This document shows positions 29,850 through 39,058 of a DNA stretch of 64,000 bases, one piece after another. Positions within the stretch are counted from its first letter, which is position 1; the number at the start of each line of letters is the position of its first letter. Both the position numbers and the translations under genes were made by a program. The stretch is from Sedimentisphaerales bacterium. Its GTDB lineage: Bacteria > Planctomycetota > Phycisphaerae > Sedimentisphaerales > SM23-30. The stretch lies in the NCBI GenBank assembly GCA_963666285.1, contig OY762711.1. One strand, 5' to 3'. The notes under the pieces were generated by a model. It did no database searches. It was not told the origin of the DNA and saw only the letters and a program-made list of their open reading frames with translations.

Positions 29850-31031
29850 TTATAGAAACATTTTTCTCTTTTGATAATTTTTCATCAGCCTGTCTTTGAG
29901 TTTATTTTCAGCGTCAAAAGATACCACTTCCTGAGAGACGGCAGCTAACAGCTCCACCAATGAGCTCATATCACTGATAGTAATTTTTTCAGGAGCTATT
30001 TTGTCAGTCCCCATATTATGATAATTACCAAGAGGCAGACAAACGGCACAAGTATGGTAGCCCATGAGTGCCATTAAGGTTGATTCGGTACTACCACCGG
30101 GCATAAGAGCCGCATTATAAGCAAAACCATCCCCTTTTTTGGCAAGTATCTTATTTGACCGAGAAGCTAATACATTATCAGCTACTCGACGCAGTACCAT
30201 CGTTAAGCCAGGTTCAAACATACTCATTTTATCACCGAGCCTGATAACAGCCCCCTTGCCAAGCGGTGCCGCAGGCTGTGCCTTTGAAGTTTCGATCCCA
30301 ATAATTGGGCAGTCCTTTTTGACAAGCCCGGATTTACATGCAGCTACGGCACCGACAAAACCAGTTTCTTCGGCGCGGGTAAGCAGCCCCATCGGCATTC
30401 GTTTTGCCCGCCTGCTTTTTAGCCGGCTAAGAGTAAGCAATACTGCAGCCGCCCCGCCCAGATCGTCAGCGGCCCGTAACGACAGATTATTATTATTTTG
30501 TTTCCAAACATTCAGATCCCACATGCCGAGAGTTCGGGCAGGCATCTCAACGGCCTTTTGAAGCCTGATCGAGCAAATAAGGAACCCGGTAGCTTTATCC
30601 TTAACGGCTGATTTAACGACACCTCTGACCGGTGCGATGCCAGTATCGGCAACAGGAATAAAAATCATTTTTGAGCCGGTAAAGTATTTTTTATCTACCC
30701 CGCCCCTAAACCATGCCTTAGCCGTTGTGCCCTTACACGCGATGAGTTCAAAGCCCGGATGGTCCATATGGGCCTGGAGTACCCATGGCGCCTTGGCGGA
30801 CACTTTGGCAGGATTGCTGTTTTTGCCGGAAGCAAGCCCAGATCCACTCCAAGAGCGAATCTGTTGTGGAGTGCCAATCAGCAAATTACCGACTTTATCT
30901 TCGATACAGTCAAAATTATTATTCTTTGACCAGTTTCTAACATAATCCTGGACCGCGAGCTCGCAAAAAGGAGCGGCCGGCAAACTTACTACTTCACGTA
31001 AAAGAGTAATCTCTTTTTCGGACAAAGCCAT
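29850..31031 (-). CDS. M20/M28/M42-family metallopeptidase
   Basis: AHMDHPG, ADDLGG, RAEETG and C-terminal YHN metal ligands. Confidence 0.8.
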   Translation of the reverse strand: MALSEKEITLLREVVSLPAAPFCELAVQDYVRNWSKNNNFDCIEDKVGNLLIGTPQQIRSWSGSGLASGKNSNPAKVSAKAPWVLQAHMDHPGFELIACKGTTAKAWFRGGVDKKYFTGSKMIFIPVADTGIAPVRGVVKSAVKDKATGFLICSIRLQKAVEMPARTLGMWDLNVWKQNNNNLSLRAADDLGGAAAVLLTLSRLKSRRAKRMPMGLLTRAEETGFVGAVAACKSGLVKKDCPIIGIETSKAQPAAPLGKGAVIRLGDKMSMFEPGLTMVLRRVADNVLASRSNKILAKKGDGFAYNAALMPGGSTESTLMALMGYHTCAVCLPLGNYHNMGTDKIAPEKITISDMSSLVELLAAVSQEVVSFDAENKLKDRLMKNYQKRKMFL

Positions 31032-31189
31032 AATCTTTACACCTCATATAAGAATCAATTGTGAACCGTTTACGTAAACAGCGTTAAGCCTGACTAATAT
31101 TTTTTATTGAAGTTTCGGCTTATCGCCATTAGAATTATTCGGCTGGAATAAACATAAAACATTAACTCATTATCAACAAAGGTTTAACC

Positions 31190-32083
31190 ATGACTGAATC
31201 AAATGTTATAATGAAAACTGAAATTGCCGGTTACGAGCCCAAACGAGGCAAAGTCCGTGACATCTATGACTTAGGTAACAAACTGCTGTTTGTAGCATCT
31301 GATCGCATAAGTGCTTTTGACGTTATCATGGCCAATGGAATCCCTGACAAAGGGAAGGTACTGGCAAAGATATCTCTTTTCTGGTTTGACTGGTTAAAAG
31401 ATACGGTAAAAAACCATTTAATCTCCGCAGATGTAAAGGATTACCCTGAACCGTTCTGCTTCTGTGAAAGCCAGCTGAAAGACCGCAGTATGCTGGTGAA
31501 AAAGACCAAAGTGCTGCCGGTTGAATGTATTGTCCGCGGTTATATAACCGGGTCCGGCTGGAAAGAATATGTCAAGAATGGCACCGTATGTGACATAAAA
31601 CTGCCTGAAGGACTCAAACAGTGCGATAAGCTGCCAGAGCCGCTGTTTACCCCATCTACCAAGGCTGAACAGGGTCTGCATGACGAGAATATCAGCCCGG
31701 AAAAGGCGGCAGATATTATAGGCAAAGAAGCGGCAGACTATGTAGCATCGAAGAGTATCGAGATCTACACCAAGGCGGCTGAATATGCCGCTGAACGTGG
31801 GATAATCCTGGCAGATACCAAGTTTGAATGGGGTTACGACGTCGACGATATCATCCTGATCGATGAAGTTCTGACACCGGATTCCAGTCGATTCTGGCCG
31901 GCAGATGATTACGAACCGGGCCGCGACCAGGACAGTTACGACAAGCAGTTTGTGCGTAATTACCTGGAAGAGATCAACTTCTGCAAACAGCCGCCTGGAC
32001 CGGAACTGCCGGAAGATGTGATTAAAGGAACGCGAGATAAATATATCGAAGCTTACGAAAAGTTGAGCGGACACGAATTTTAA
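31190..32083 (+). CDS. purC: Phosphoribosylaminoimidazole-succinocarboxamide (SAICAR) synthase
   Basis: GKVRDIY, SDRISAFD, ECIVRGY, FTPSTKA, ADTKFE, DEVLTPDSSRFW, DKQFVR. Confidence 0.98.
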   Translation: MTESNVIMKTEIAGYEPKRGKVRDIYDLGNKLLFVASDRISAFDVIMANGIPDKGKVLAKISLFWFDWLKDTVKNHLISADVKDYPEPFCFCESQLKDRSMLVKKTKVLPVECIVRGYITGSGWKEYVKNGTVCDIKLPEGLKQCDKLPEPLFTPSTKAEQGLHDENISPEKAADIIGKEAADYVASKSIEIYTKAAEYAAERGIILADTKFEWGYDVDDIILIDEVLTPDSSRFWPADDYEPGRDQDSYDKQFVRNYLEEINFCKQPPGPELPEDVIKGTRDKYIEAYEKLSGHEF

Positions 32084-32192
32084 TTTATACTTAGCGGTTT
32101 GCCGCTAAGTATAAAAGTGAAGAGTGAAGAACGAAGAGTGAAGAATTTCGGTGTTGCTGCGCAACCTTGTTTTAAATAAATACAGATATAAC

Positions 32193-32227
32193 AAAAGCCT
32201 CGGATGGTAATACCACCGGGGCTTTTT
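32193..32227. terminator. Bidirectional intrinsic terminator
   Basis: AAAAGCCTCGG...CCGGGGCTTTTT between convergent purC and the rnr unit. Confidence 0.7.
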
Positions 32228-32249
32228 CATATTAATTTATTAGGAAAAC

Positions 32250-32609
32250 TTACTTGGAAACATCAGGTGGGTAAACATTAAACATGATTACCATCGAGAT
32301 TATAAAAGCTACCAAAGCTACAACATACCCCAAACATAGACTTTTGAAAAATTGCCAGCCGGTTATATTATCTAATACCCGTCTCACAGCATAAATCACT
32401 GGTGTTATTGCATATAAAGACCAATACTGGATAATTGCAAAATCATCTCCTAAATCGTTAAAATATGCAATTATTGTAATACAATAGGTTACTACAACTA
32501 TCGATAATACCGCCAACTTAAACCCGAATTTAACTTTATAAAAAGTAAAACATCCGTAATAAACCATAAATGGAAAATGTAATATTATAAAAATGCCGAT
32601 ATCTTCCAT
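32250..32609 (-). CDS. Hypothetical AT-rich multi-TM membrane protein directly after rnr
   Basis: Start 4 nt after rnr stop; about four hydrophobic segments. Confidence 0.6.
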   Translation of the reverse strand: MEDIGIFIILHFPFMVYYGCFTFYKVKFGFKLAVLSIVVVTYCITIIAYFNDLGDDFAIIQYWSLYAITPVIYAVRRVLDNITGWQFFKSLCLGYVVALVAFIISMVIMFNVYPPDVSK

Positions 32610-32612
32610 AAC

Positions 32613-34808
32613 TTATGCCTCGACGATGTCCATTTCGAGCTTTCTGGCATGCGGGTGGACATCAACGATACGTACTTTCATACGTCTGCCGAGCTTAAAC
32701 GGACAAGTTTCAGAGAATTTGGCCTTTGCAGCGTTGCGGTCCTTTTTGCGATCTTTTCGATTTTTCTTTTTCTTAGGAGCTCCGCCCTTCTTGCGGGCCT
32801 GTGCCATAGCATAATTCTGGACGACTTTTGCCTCTAAGAACCCGTCCACCATATACTTATCGAGCTCGATAAATATTCCCTTATCGATAATAGATATAAC
32901 TATGCCGGGCAGATCTTCTCCGATATGCTTTTCGAGCAGCTGCATGAGCATAAACTCTTTGAGGTCGTTTTCGGCGGCCTCCGCGTTGCGTTCGCGTTCG
33001 GAGCAATGGATGCCCATAGGGTCAAGCTGATCGTAGCTCGGATAGTCTGAGGCATTATCTTTGGTGAGTTTGCCGGTGATATAGTCATTGAGCAGGCGAT
33101 GCACCATAAGGTCCGGGTAGCGTCTGATCGGGCTGGTAAAGTGGCAGTAGTTTTCACTGGCAAGAGCGTAATGGCCGATATGGGCCGGCCTGTATTCAGC
33201 CTTTTGCATGGATCGCAGAACAGCAATATTGATAATCTTGCCTTCAGGTTTGCCTTCGATACTTTCCAGAAGCTGTTGTAAGCCGAAGCGGTCAATACTC
33301 TTAGGAACATCATAGCCGCAATCTCGCAGTACCTGTACCATGCGTCCAGATGTAAGTGTATCCGGTTCGGGGTGGATACGCCGCAGAAACTCGACATTTA
33401 TGCCATCGAACAGGCGGGCGACTGCCTCGTTGGCCTCTAGCATGAACATCTCGATAACCGTATGCGAGAAAGTCGAGCTTTCGGGCCTGGCATCGATGGG
33501 CCGCCCTGTATCAGAAAGGACCACTTCCGATTTTGGTATATCCAGCCGCAGCATACCCTGCTCGTGTCGTCGTTTATCGATAATGCGAGCGAGCTTAGTC
33601 ATATTTTTGACTAGTTTTACCGCTTCCGGAGCGAGGTCGGGTGTGTCCAGACCGTCGATAATACGGTCGGCATCTTCGTATGTCAGCCGCTGCATGGACC
33701 GCATAACGCTATTGGCAAAGCGTGTCTTTACCGGATGGCCCATAGAGTTTAGCTCGATATAAACACTTTTTGCGAATCGATCCTGGTTGGGCTGGAGCGA
33801 ACACAGGCCGTTACTGAGCAGCTCAGGCAACATCGGTACGACATGGCCGGGCAGATAAACACTGGTAGCGCGGGCGTATGCCTGTTCGTCGAGTTTCGTG
33901 CCATCTTTGACAAAAGTACTTACGTCGGCAATGTGTACACCTAGCAGCCAATGGCCGTGCTCGAGCTGCTTGAGACTGATGGCATCGTCGAAATCGCGTG
34001 CATCTTCGGGGTCGATGGTGATGATAATTTCGTTGCGGATATCCTCACGTCGTCCCTGGTCGATCTCTTCCTGAGGATCGAAGTTACTAACCGCTTCACG
34101 GGCATCATTCATCGCTTTTTTGGAGAATTTATCTTCGATTTCGAATCTGGCAAGCGTGCTTTTGAGCTCGGCTGACGGTGTTCCGCTGCGACCGAGTTTT
34201 TTTAGGATAACGCCGTAAGCAAAGAAAGTATGGTCGCCATAATCAACAATCTCAACCTGTACCTTATCGCCTGGTTTGCAGTTTTTGGCACCCGGATCGT
34301 CAACGGTAATAAGTTCGTTATCTCTTGCACCATCAGGCTTTACAAACCAGTATTTTCCTCGTTTTTCGAGCGTGCCGGCTGTCTGGCGGGTAGCTCTCTG
34401 CAGGATATCGACAATCTGGCCGATATACCTTGGCTTGCCGTCGGCACGTCGTCCGCGTATGTTTACTGTGACGACAACCCTGTCGCCATGAGCGGCGTCC
34501 ATGGCACTGGAAAGTGGTACGAATACATCGCCGGCAGCGGTGCGAGTGTCGGGCCGTACAAACCCGAAGTCCTGGCGGGTAGTTTCGAATCTGCCGGTAA
34601 GCCGTTTTGGATGTAGAGGCGGGACAATGGTTTTATGTTCGGAAATGCTGATGGCCTGATCCTTTTCCAGCAGGTCTATTGCCTGGTGGAAGATGTCCAT
34701 CTCCTGCTCGGATACTTTTAGTATTTTAGCAAGCGATTTGGCGGAACTAGGTCTGTAATCATCCCTGGATACAACTTTTACGATTCTATCGAAAAAACGC
34801 TGAGGCAT
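32613..34808 (-). CDS. rnr: Ribonuclease R
   Basis: Cold-shock domains, TIDPEDARDFDDA, HIADVS, MLEANE, YCHFTSPIRRYPDL, S1 domain. Confidence 0.95.
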   Translation of the reverse strand: MPQRFFDRIVKVVSRDDYRPSSAKSLAKILKVSEQEMDIFHQAIDLLEKDQAISISEHKTIVPPLHPKRLTGRFETTRQDFGFVRPDTRTAAGDVFVPLSSAMDAAHGDRVVVTVNIRGRRADGKPRYIGQIVDILQRATRQTAGTLEKRGKYWFVKPDGARDNELITVDDPGAKNCKPGDKVQVEIVDYGDHTFFAYGVILKKLGRSGTPSAELKSTLARFEIEDKFSKKAMNDAREAVSNFDPQEEIDQGRREDIRNEIIITIDPEDARDFDDAISLKQLEHGHWLLGVHIADVSTFVKDGTKLDEQAYARATSVYLPGHVVPMLPELLSNGLCSLQPNQDRFAKSVYIELNSMGHPVKTRFANSVMRSMQRLTYEDADRIIDGLDTPDLAPEAVKLVKNMTKLARIIDKRRHEQGMLRLDIPKSEVVLSDTGRPIDARPESSTFSHTVIEMFMLEANEAVARLFDGINVEFLRRIHPEPDTLTSGRMVQVLRDCGYDVPKSIDRFGLQQLLESIEGKPEGKIINIAVLRSMQKAEYRPAHIGHYALASENYCHFTSPIRRYPDLMVHRLLNDYITGKLTKDNASDYPSYDQLDPMGIHCSERERNAEAAENDLKEFMLMQLLEKHIGEDLPGIVISIIDKGIFIELDKYMVDGFLEAKVVQNYAMAQARKKGGAPKKKKNRKDRKKDRNAAKAKFSETCPFKLGRRMKVRIVDVHPHARKLEMDIVEA

Positions 34809-34996
34809 TTATAATTCTCCCATAAATGGCGTATTAACAGTACTCTTACAGTACATTTCAGATTTATTTTAAACGGTATGCCCTAACCAAGCAATAAGAA
34901 TATTGGTAATACCTAATGCAGTTTGATTTGGTTCACAGATATTGATATCCCAATAGATATAGATCAGTTTTTTATATGCATGTTGCAGGATGTTAT

Positions 34997-35026
34997 ATTA
35001 TAGCATGATATACGAGGTGTTGGCAA
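34997..35026 (-). promoter_or_regulatory. Candidate extended -10 sigma70 promoter for rnr
   Basis: TTGCCA-18 nt-TATAAT with TG at the extended -10 position on the minus strand. Confidence 0.55.
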
Positions 35027-35042
35027 AAAAATAATGCACTAA

Positions 35043-35345
35043 TGGACACGGCGGGTGAACGGAAACGCACGGCAAGATAACGGCGGATAGAGGAACGATA
35101 ACGCAGCCATCTCGCAGCAGCGCGGCGGGAAGAAGAGCTGAAACCGGCTGAGTCGGGCAGCGGCGACGGACGGTATTAAGGCGAACGCAAACGGAACCTA
35201 TGCGGCGGGCAGCGGCGGGCAGCGGCGGGCAACGGCGGTAAGAAGAGCTCTTGTGGTATAACGGCTGGTATGCAGAGCCATCGCGGCGATAGTGCGGCGG
35301 CCAACGGAAGGTGCGCGGCGGGCCACGGAGCCATAGCGGCAGGAA
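35043..35345. repeat. GC/purine-rich degenerate ~10.5-bp periodic tract
   Basis: CGG at 35049, 35060, 35070, 35081; 35193-35233 every 10; 35284, 35295, 35305, 35316, 35326, 35337; includes (GCGGCGGGCA)x3. Confidence 0.75.
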
Positions 35346-35690
35346 ACAGCTCTGAACAAATTTACCCGATTTTCACCGCTGGGCAGACCAGATAATTGAG
35401 TGAAGAGTGAAGAACGAAGAGTGAAGAATTGAGGTGTTCGCCTATCGGCTCACAACTAATTTTAAAGCTGACGCGTGAGTAAAGTTTATGTCAAAATTTC
35501 AGTATCTGTCTGAAGTCTGAAAATTAAGAGGAGCGGCGAGCTTCGCTAAATTAAAAATTAAAAGTGAAAAGTGAAAAGTGAAAAATTCCGGTGTCCTGAT
35601 GTACGTTGACATCAGGAATAATTCGCTGCGGCTCACGACTTGTTTAAAGCTGACGTGAGGGAAAGTTTTTCTCGAAAATGTGATAAATGG

Positions 35691-35801
35691 ATGAAGTATG
35701 AAGTATGAAGTATGAAGTATGAAGTATGAAGTATGAAGTATGAAGTATGAAGTATGAAGTATGAAGTATGAAGTATGAAGTATGAAGTATGAAGTATGAA
35801 G
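35691..35801 (+). repeat. Perfect heptamer microsatellite (ATGAAGT) x ~16
   Basis: Directly visible. Confidence 0.99.
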
Positions 35802-35934
35802 GAAGGTGGAGGATAAAAAAAAGCACTTTGGTTTTGCCCAAAGTGCGTTGACCCCTTTTTCATAATATCGTATTGGGACAGCGATATTATTCCGGCCTAC
35901 GCCCTGCCACAAACAGCCGGGAGTAAACCGGAAA

Positions 35935-36243
35935 CTACGAGCTGAAGTTGTTTCTGTCAGACAGCTTTGAAGCCAGGTGTGATCTGGTGTCTGATTCTCC
36001 CATAAGGTGGTGTATAATGCCATATGATAATTTTCCTGTCCCGTCTTCATCTTCATAAAGGCAATTTTCAGTTTGATTGCTGTTTGACATGCCTACAGTT
36101 TCAAAAGTCCAGATAACAGTGGTATCGGACCAGTTTTCAAGGTCTTTAGGATTGGAAGTATCGATTAAAACGGGGGTTGCGATAGTAACCTTACAGGCCA
36201 TAACTATCAAAAGCAAAATAACATGATTTAGATTACTAACCAT
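35935..36243 (-). pseudogene. Short signal-peptide ORF, possibly a truncated secreted protein
   Basis: AAGGAA RBS, signal-like N-terminus, ends after 102 aa; downstream hairpin plus T-run at ~35815-35848 (minus strand). Confidence 0.4.
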
Positions 36244-36405
36244 ATAGTTTTCCTTTAGCGATTAGAATACTATAAGTCTCTATTGAATTATTCAATATTT
36301 TCCGGGGAAAAGCAAGGAGAGTAAAAGAAAAGGCGGCGGCGAATAGAACTAAGAGTTTATAACAGATACTAATAGTAAGGTTTATGCTATGCATCATATG
36401 CATGG

Positions 36406-36596
36406 CGCACTTTTGACTGTTCAACGTTATACGCAAAGGCCGGAACAGGACCAATTAAGTGAAAAATTAAGGTGTCCTGATGTACGTTGACATCAGGAGT
36501 AATTCGCTATCGTCTCACGCTTTGTTTAAAACATAAGCGTTGCAGAAAGGCCCTTTTAGGCGATTTATGCAACTTAAAAACTGCGAAAGTAAACTA
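36406..36596 (+). repeat. Four-hairpin dispersed element, copy A (middle replaced by another repeat at ~36453-36534)
   Basis: CGCACTTTTGACTGTTCAAC...GCAAAGGCCGGAACAGG and AAGCGTTGCAG...GCAACTTAAAAACTGCGAAAGTAAAC match copies B and D. Confidence 0.85.
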
Positions 36597-36603
36597 AGAT
36601 ATA

Positions 36604-36766
36604 AGGGCACCTCTAAAAAATCATTTTTAGCGAAAGATGGATTTTTTGCTTGCTGGTCTGCGTCAGATAAAACCGCGAATATAGCCCAATATGCAAGATT
36701 TTATCTTTCTTGCCGGCAAATAAAACTCCTCACTTTCGCAACAAAAGCAATTTCTAGAAGTACCCA
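36604..36766. mobile_element. Putative MITE (long imperfect palindrome with terminal inverted repeats)
   Basis: Ends AGGGCACCTCTAAAAA / TTTCTAGAAGTACCCA, TA on both flanks, internal arms GCGAAAG/CTTTCGC and GATAAAA/TTTTATC. Confidence 0.6.
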
Positions 36767-36874
36767 TAAGTAAAAAGAAATAAGCTAAGGTGTCGCTTAT
36801 CGCGACCTATTTAATAGCTCCGCTAAATACAGATTCTGACGCAAATAACGCACCTGTGAATGCTTACAAGTAAT

Positions 36875-36918
36875 AAAAAACACCGACATAGCGTTCGGGG
36901 GAAATCGCTATATCGGTG
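36875..36918 (-). terminator. Intrinsic terminator after hydA
   Basis: CACCGATATAGCG...CGCTATGTCGGTG followed by TTTTTT on the minus strand. Confidence 0.7.
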
Positions 36919-37013
36919 CAGCTTAAAGTTGATAAGTCTTCAGTAAAAATGTAAAGTGTAAATTTCAGGTATTACCAAAGGTACTACGTTACACTTCATT
37001 CATTTTTTATGTA

Positions 37014-39020
37014 CTACTTTGATTTTGCCAGATGGTTGTTAAGTTCAGCCATCAGCTTATCGATATTACAGGCACTAATAACCTTGTCATTTATCCTCAC
37101 GTTCGGGCCGGAATCGCATTTTTCAAAGCAGAATGTAGCTTTGACATCGACATCGGTAATATTTTCCGCTTCCAGCCGGTCGAGCAGCTCGTGCATAAGC
37201 TTTTGTGAGCCTTTGAGGTAGCAGCTGGTACCAACACAAACCCTGACCTTGACGGCAGCTTCAGAATTACTCTCAGTAACAGAGAAATCCATATCGCTCA
37301 TGCGTTTGCGGCTGCTGTATCCGGTGTGTAAGGTATGGTGAGCCTTATGGCCGCCGATTTCGCCGTCGAAACAATCATCGTAGCACTTGGTGAGGAACGG
37401 ATTGTCCTGGCTCTTGTGCAGCTGCAGCTGTTTATCGTTGCGATAGATGCCAGCGGTACGCTTGGCGGTAGTTTCGGTAGTCCAACCTTCCGGCTGACCG
37501 GCACCTGAAACACAACCACCCGGACAGCTCATAACCTCTACGATATCGTAGTCACATTTTCCGGCACGAATCTCTTCGGCGATCTTTTTGGCGTTTGCCA
37601 GTCCGTGGACGATTGCGAGTTTCAATTTGACCTCGCCAACTTCGAGTTCGGCAATCTTGGTATTTTCCGGACCGCGTACTTCGTGGAAGTCACATTCGTC
37701 CAGAGTCTTGCCGGTAACTTTTTCGGCGGCATAACGGAGTACAGCTTCGCTGACACCGCCGGTAACGCCGAAGATTACGCCTGCACCGGTCTTGAAGCCA
37801 AGCGGCATATCAAGAGCTTCCGGTTCGATATTTTCGAAATCTATACCGGCTTCGCGGATCATCTGGCCGAGCTCCTTGGTAGTCAGAACCGCCTGAACAT
37901 CGGGCAGCCCGTCGACAGCAAATTCGCCACGGCCAGCCTCGAACTTCTTGGCGGTACAAGGCATGATTGAAACAGTATAGATATCTTCGTTAGAGACACC
38001 AAGCTGTTCCGGCAATATCTTTCGAGATACGGCCCCGAACATCTGCTGAGGGCTCTTACATGTTGACAGATGGTTGAGCAGGTCAGGGAAATACTGCTCG
38101 GCATACTTGACCCATGCCGGGCAGCAAGAAGTCATAATCGGGAGGTTTTCGCCCTTGGCCTTGCGTTCGAGGAACTCGTTGGCCTCTTCCAGTACAGTCA
38201 TGTCAGCGGCGAAAGAAGTGTCAAACACCCTGTCAAAACCTATCCGATTCAAGGCCGCAACAATTTTGCCGGTAGTAACTTCGCCGGACGGGATATTGAA
38301 CATTTCACCGATTGCAACGCGAACAGCGGGAGCAATCTGGGCGATAACCTTTTTCTTAGGATCGTTGACAGCTTTCCATACCTGTTCAACGTCATTTTTG
38401 ACGGTGATAGCACCAGTCGGGCAGACGTTGGCACACAGGCCACAGTATACACACTCGACCTTGTCGAGATTTTTGCCGAAGGCAGGCTGAACAATAGTCT
38501 TTGCGCCACGGTTAGCAAAATCGATAGCCCCTATGCCCTGCAGTTCGGCACAGGCACGAACACAGTCGCCACATAGAATACATTTATCCGGGTCGCGAAC
38601 AATAGACGGGTTGCTGTTGTCAACCGGGTAGTGAGTCTTGGAACGTTTGAACCGAACATCCTTAACGCCCATCTTGCTGGCCAGTTCCTGAAGTCTGCAA
38701 TGAGTGCTTTTGGCACAGGTAGTACAGTCGGTATGGTTATTAGCCAGCAGCAGTTCCATGAAAACCTTACGCATTTCACGGAGCTGACCGGTATGGGTTT
38801 TAACTTTCATGCCGGCTTTGGGTGTGATAGAGCAAGAAGCCTGGATGCCCATTTTTTCGATTTCAACGATACAAAGGCGGCAAGCGCCGTATACGCTAAG
38901 CTCAGAATGGTAACAGAAGGTCGGCAGCTCGATCTTAGCCTTTCGAATAACTTCCAGAAGATTCTTCTCGCCTTCGAGCAGAACGTTTTTTCCGTTTATA
39001 TTTACATATTCTTTATTCAT
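37014..39020 (-). CDS. hydA: [FeFe]-hydrogenase catalytic subunit of a trimeric electron-bifurcating enzyme (group A3)
   Basis: H-cluster motifs TSCCPAW, MPCTAKKFE, EVMSCPGGC; N-terminal 2Fe-2S and 4Fe-4S clusters; C-terminal thioredoxin-like 2Fe-2S domain. Confidence 0.95.
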   Translation of the reverse strand: MNKEYVNINGKNVLLEGEKNLLEVIRKAKIELPTFCYHSELSVYGACRLCIVEIEKMGIQASCSITPKAGMKVKTHTGQLREMRKVFMELLLANNHTDCTTCAKSTHCRLQELASKMGVKDVRFKRSKTHYPVDNSNPSIVRDPDKCILCGDCVRACAELQGIGAIDFANRGAKTIVQPAFGKNLDKVECVYCGLCANVCPTGAITVKNDVEQVWKAVNDPKKKVIAQIAPAVRVAIGEMFNIPSGEVTTGKIVAALNRIGFDRVFDTSFAADMTVLEEANEFLERKAKGENLPIMTSCCPAWVKYAEQYFPDLLNHLSTCKSPQQMFGAVSRKILPEQLGVSNEDIYTVSIMPCTAKKFEAGRGEFAVDGLPDVQAVLTTKELGQMIREAGIDFENIEPEALDMPLGFKTGAGVIFGVTGGVSEAVLRYAAEKVTGKTLDECDFHEVRGPENTKIAELEVGEVKLKLAIVHGLANAKKIAEEIRAGKCDYDIVEVMSCPGGCVSGAGQPEGWTTETTAKRTAGIYRNDKQLQLHKSQDNPFLTKCYDDCFDGEIGGHKAHHTLHTGYSSRKRMSDMDFSVTESNSEAAVKVRVCVGTSCYLKGSQKLMHELLDRLEAENITDVDVKATFCFEKCDSGPNVRINDKVISACNIDKLMAELNNHLAKSK

Positions 39021-39058
39021 TGTATATTAAACCTCGTTTAGAGTTTTTCTTATAACTT

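Noticed and set aside
35177..35335. ~52-codon Pro/Ala/Arg ORF on the minus strand of the periodic tract
   Set aside because: No RBS, composition dictated by the repeat, and the period is not a multiple of three
35499..36056. ORFs with (ILHTSYF)n in three frames
   Set aside because: Artefact of the stop-free strand of the 7-bp microsatellite
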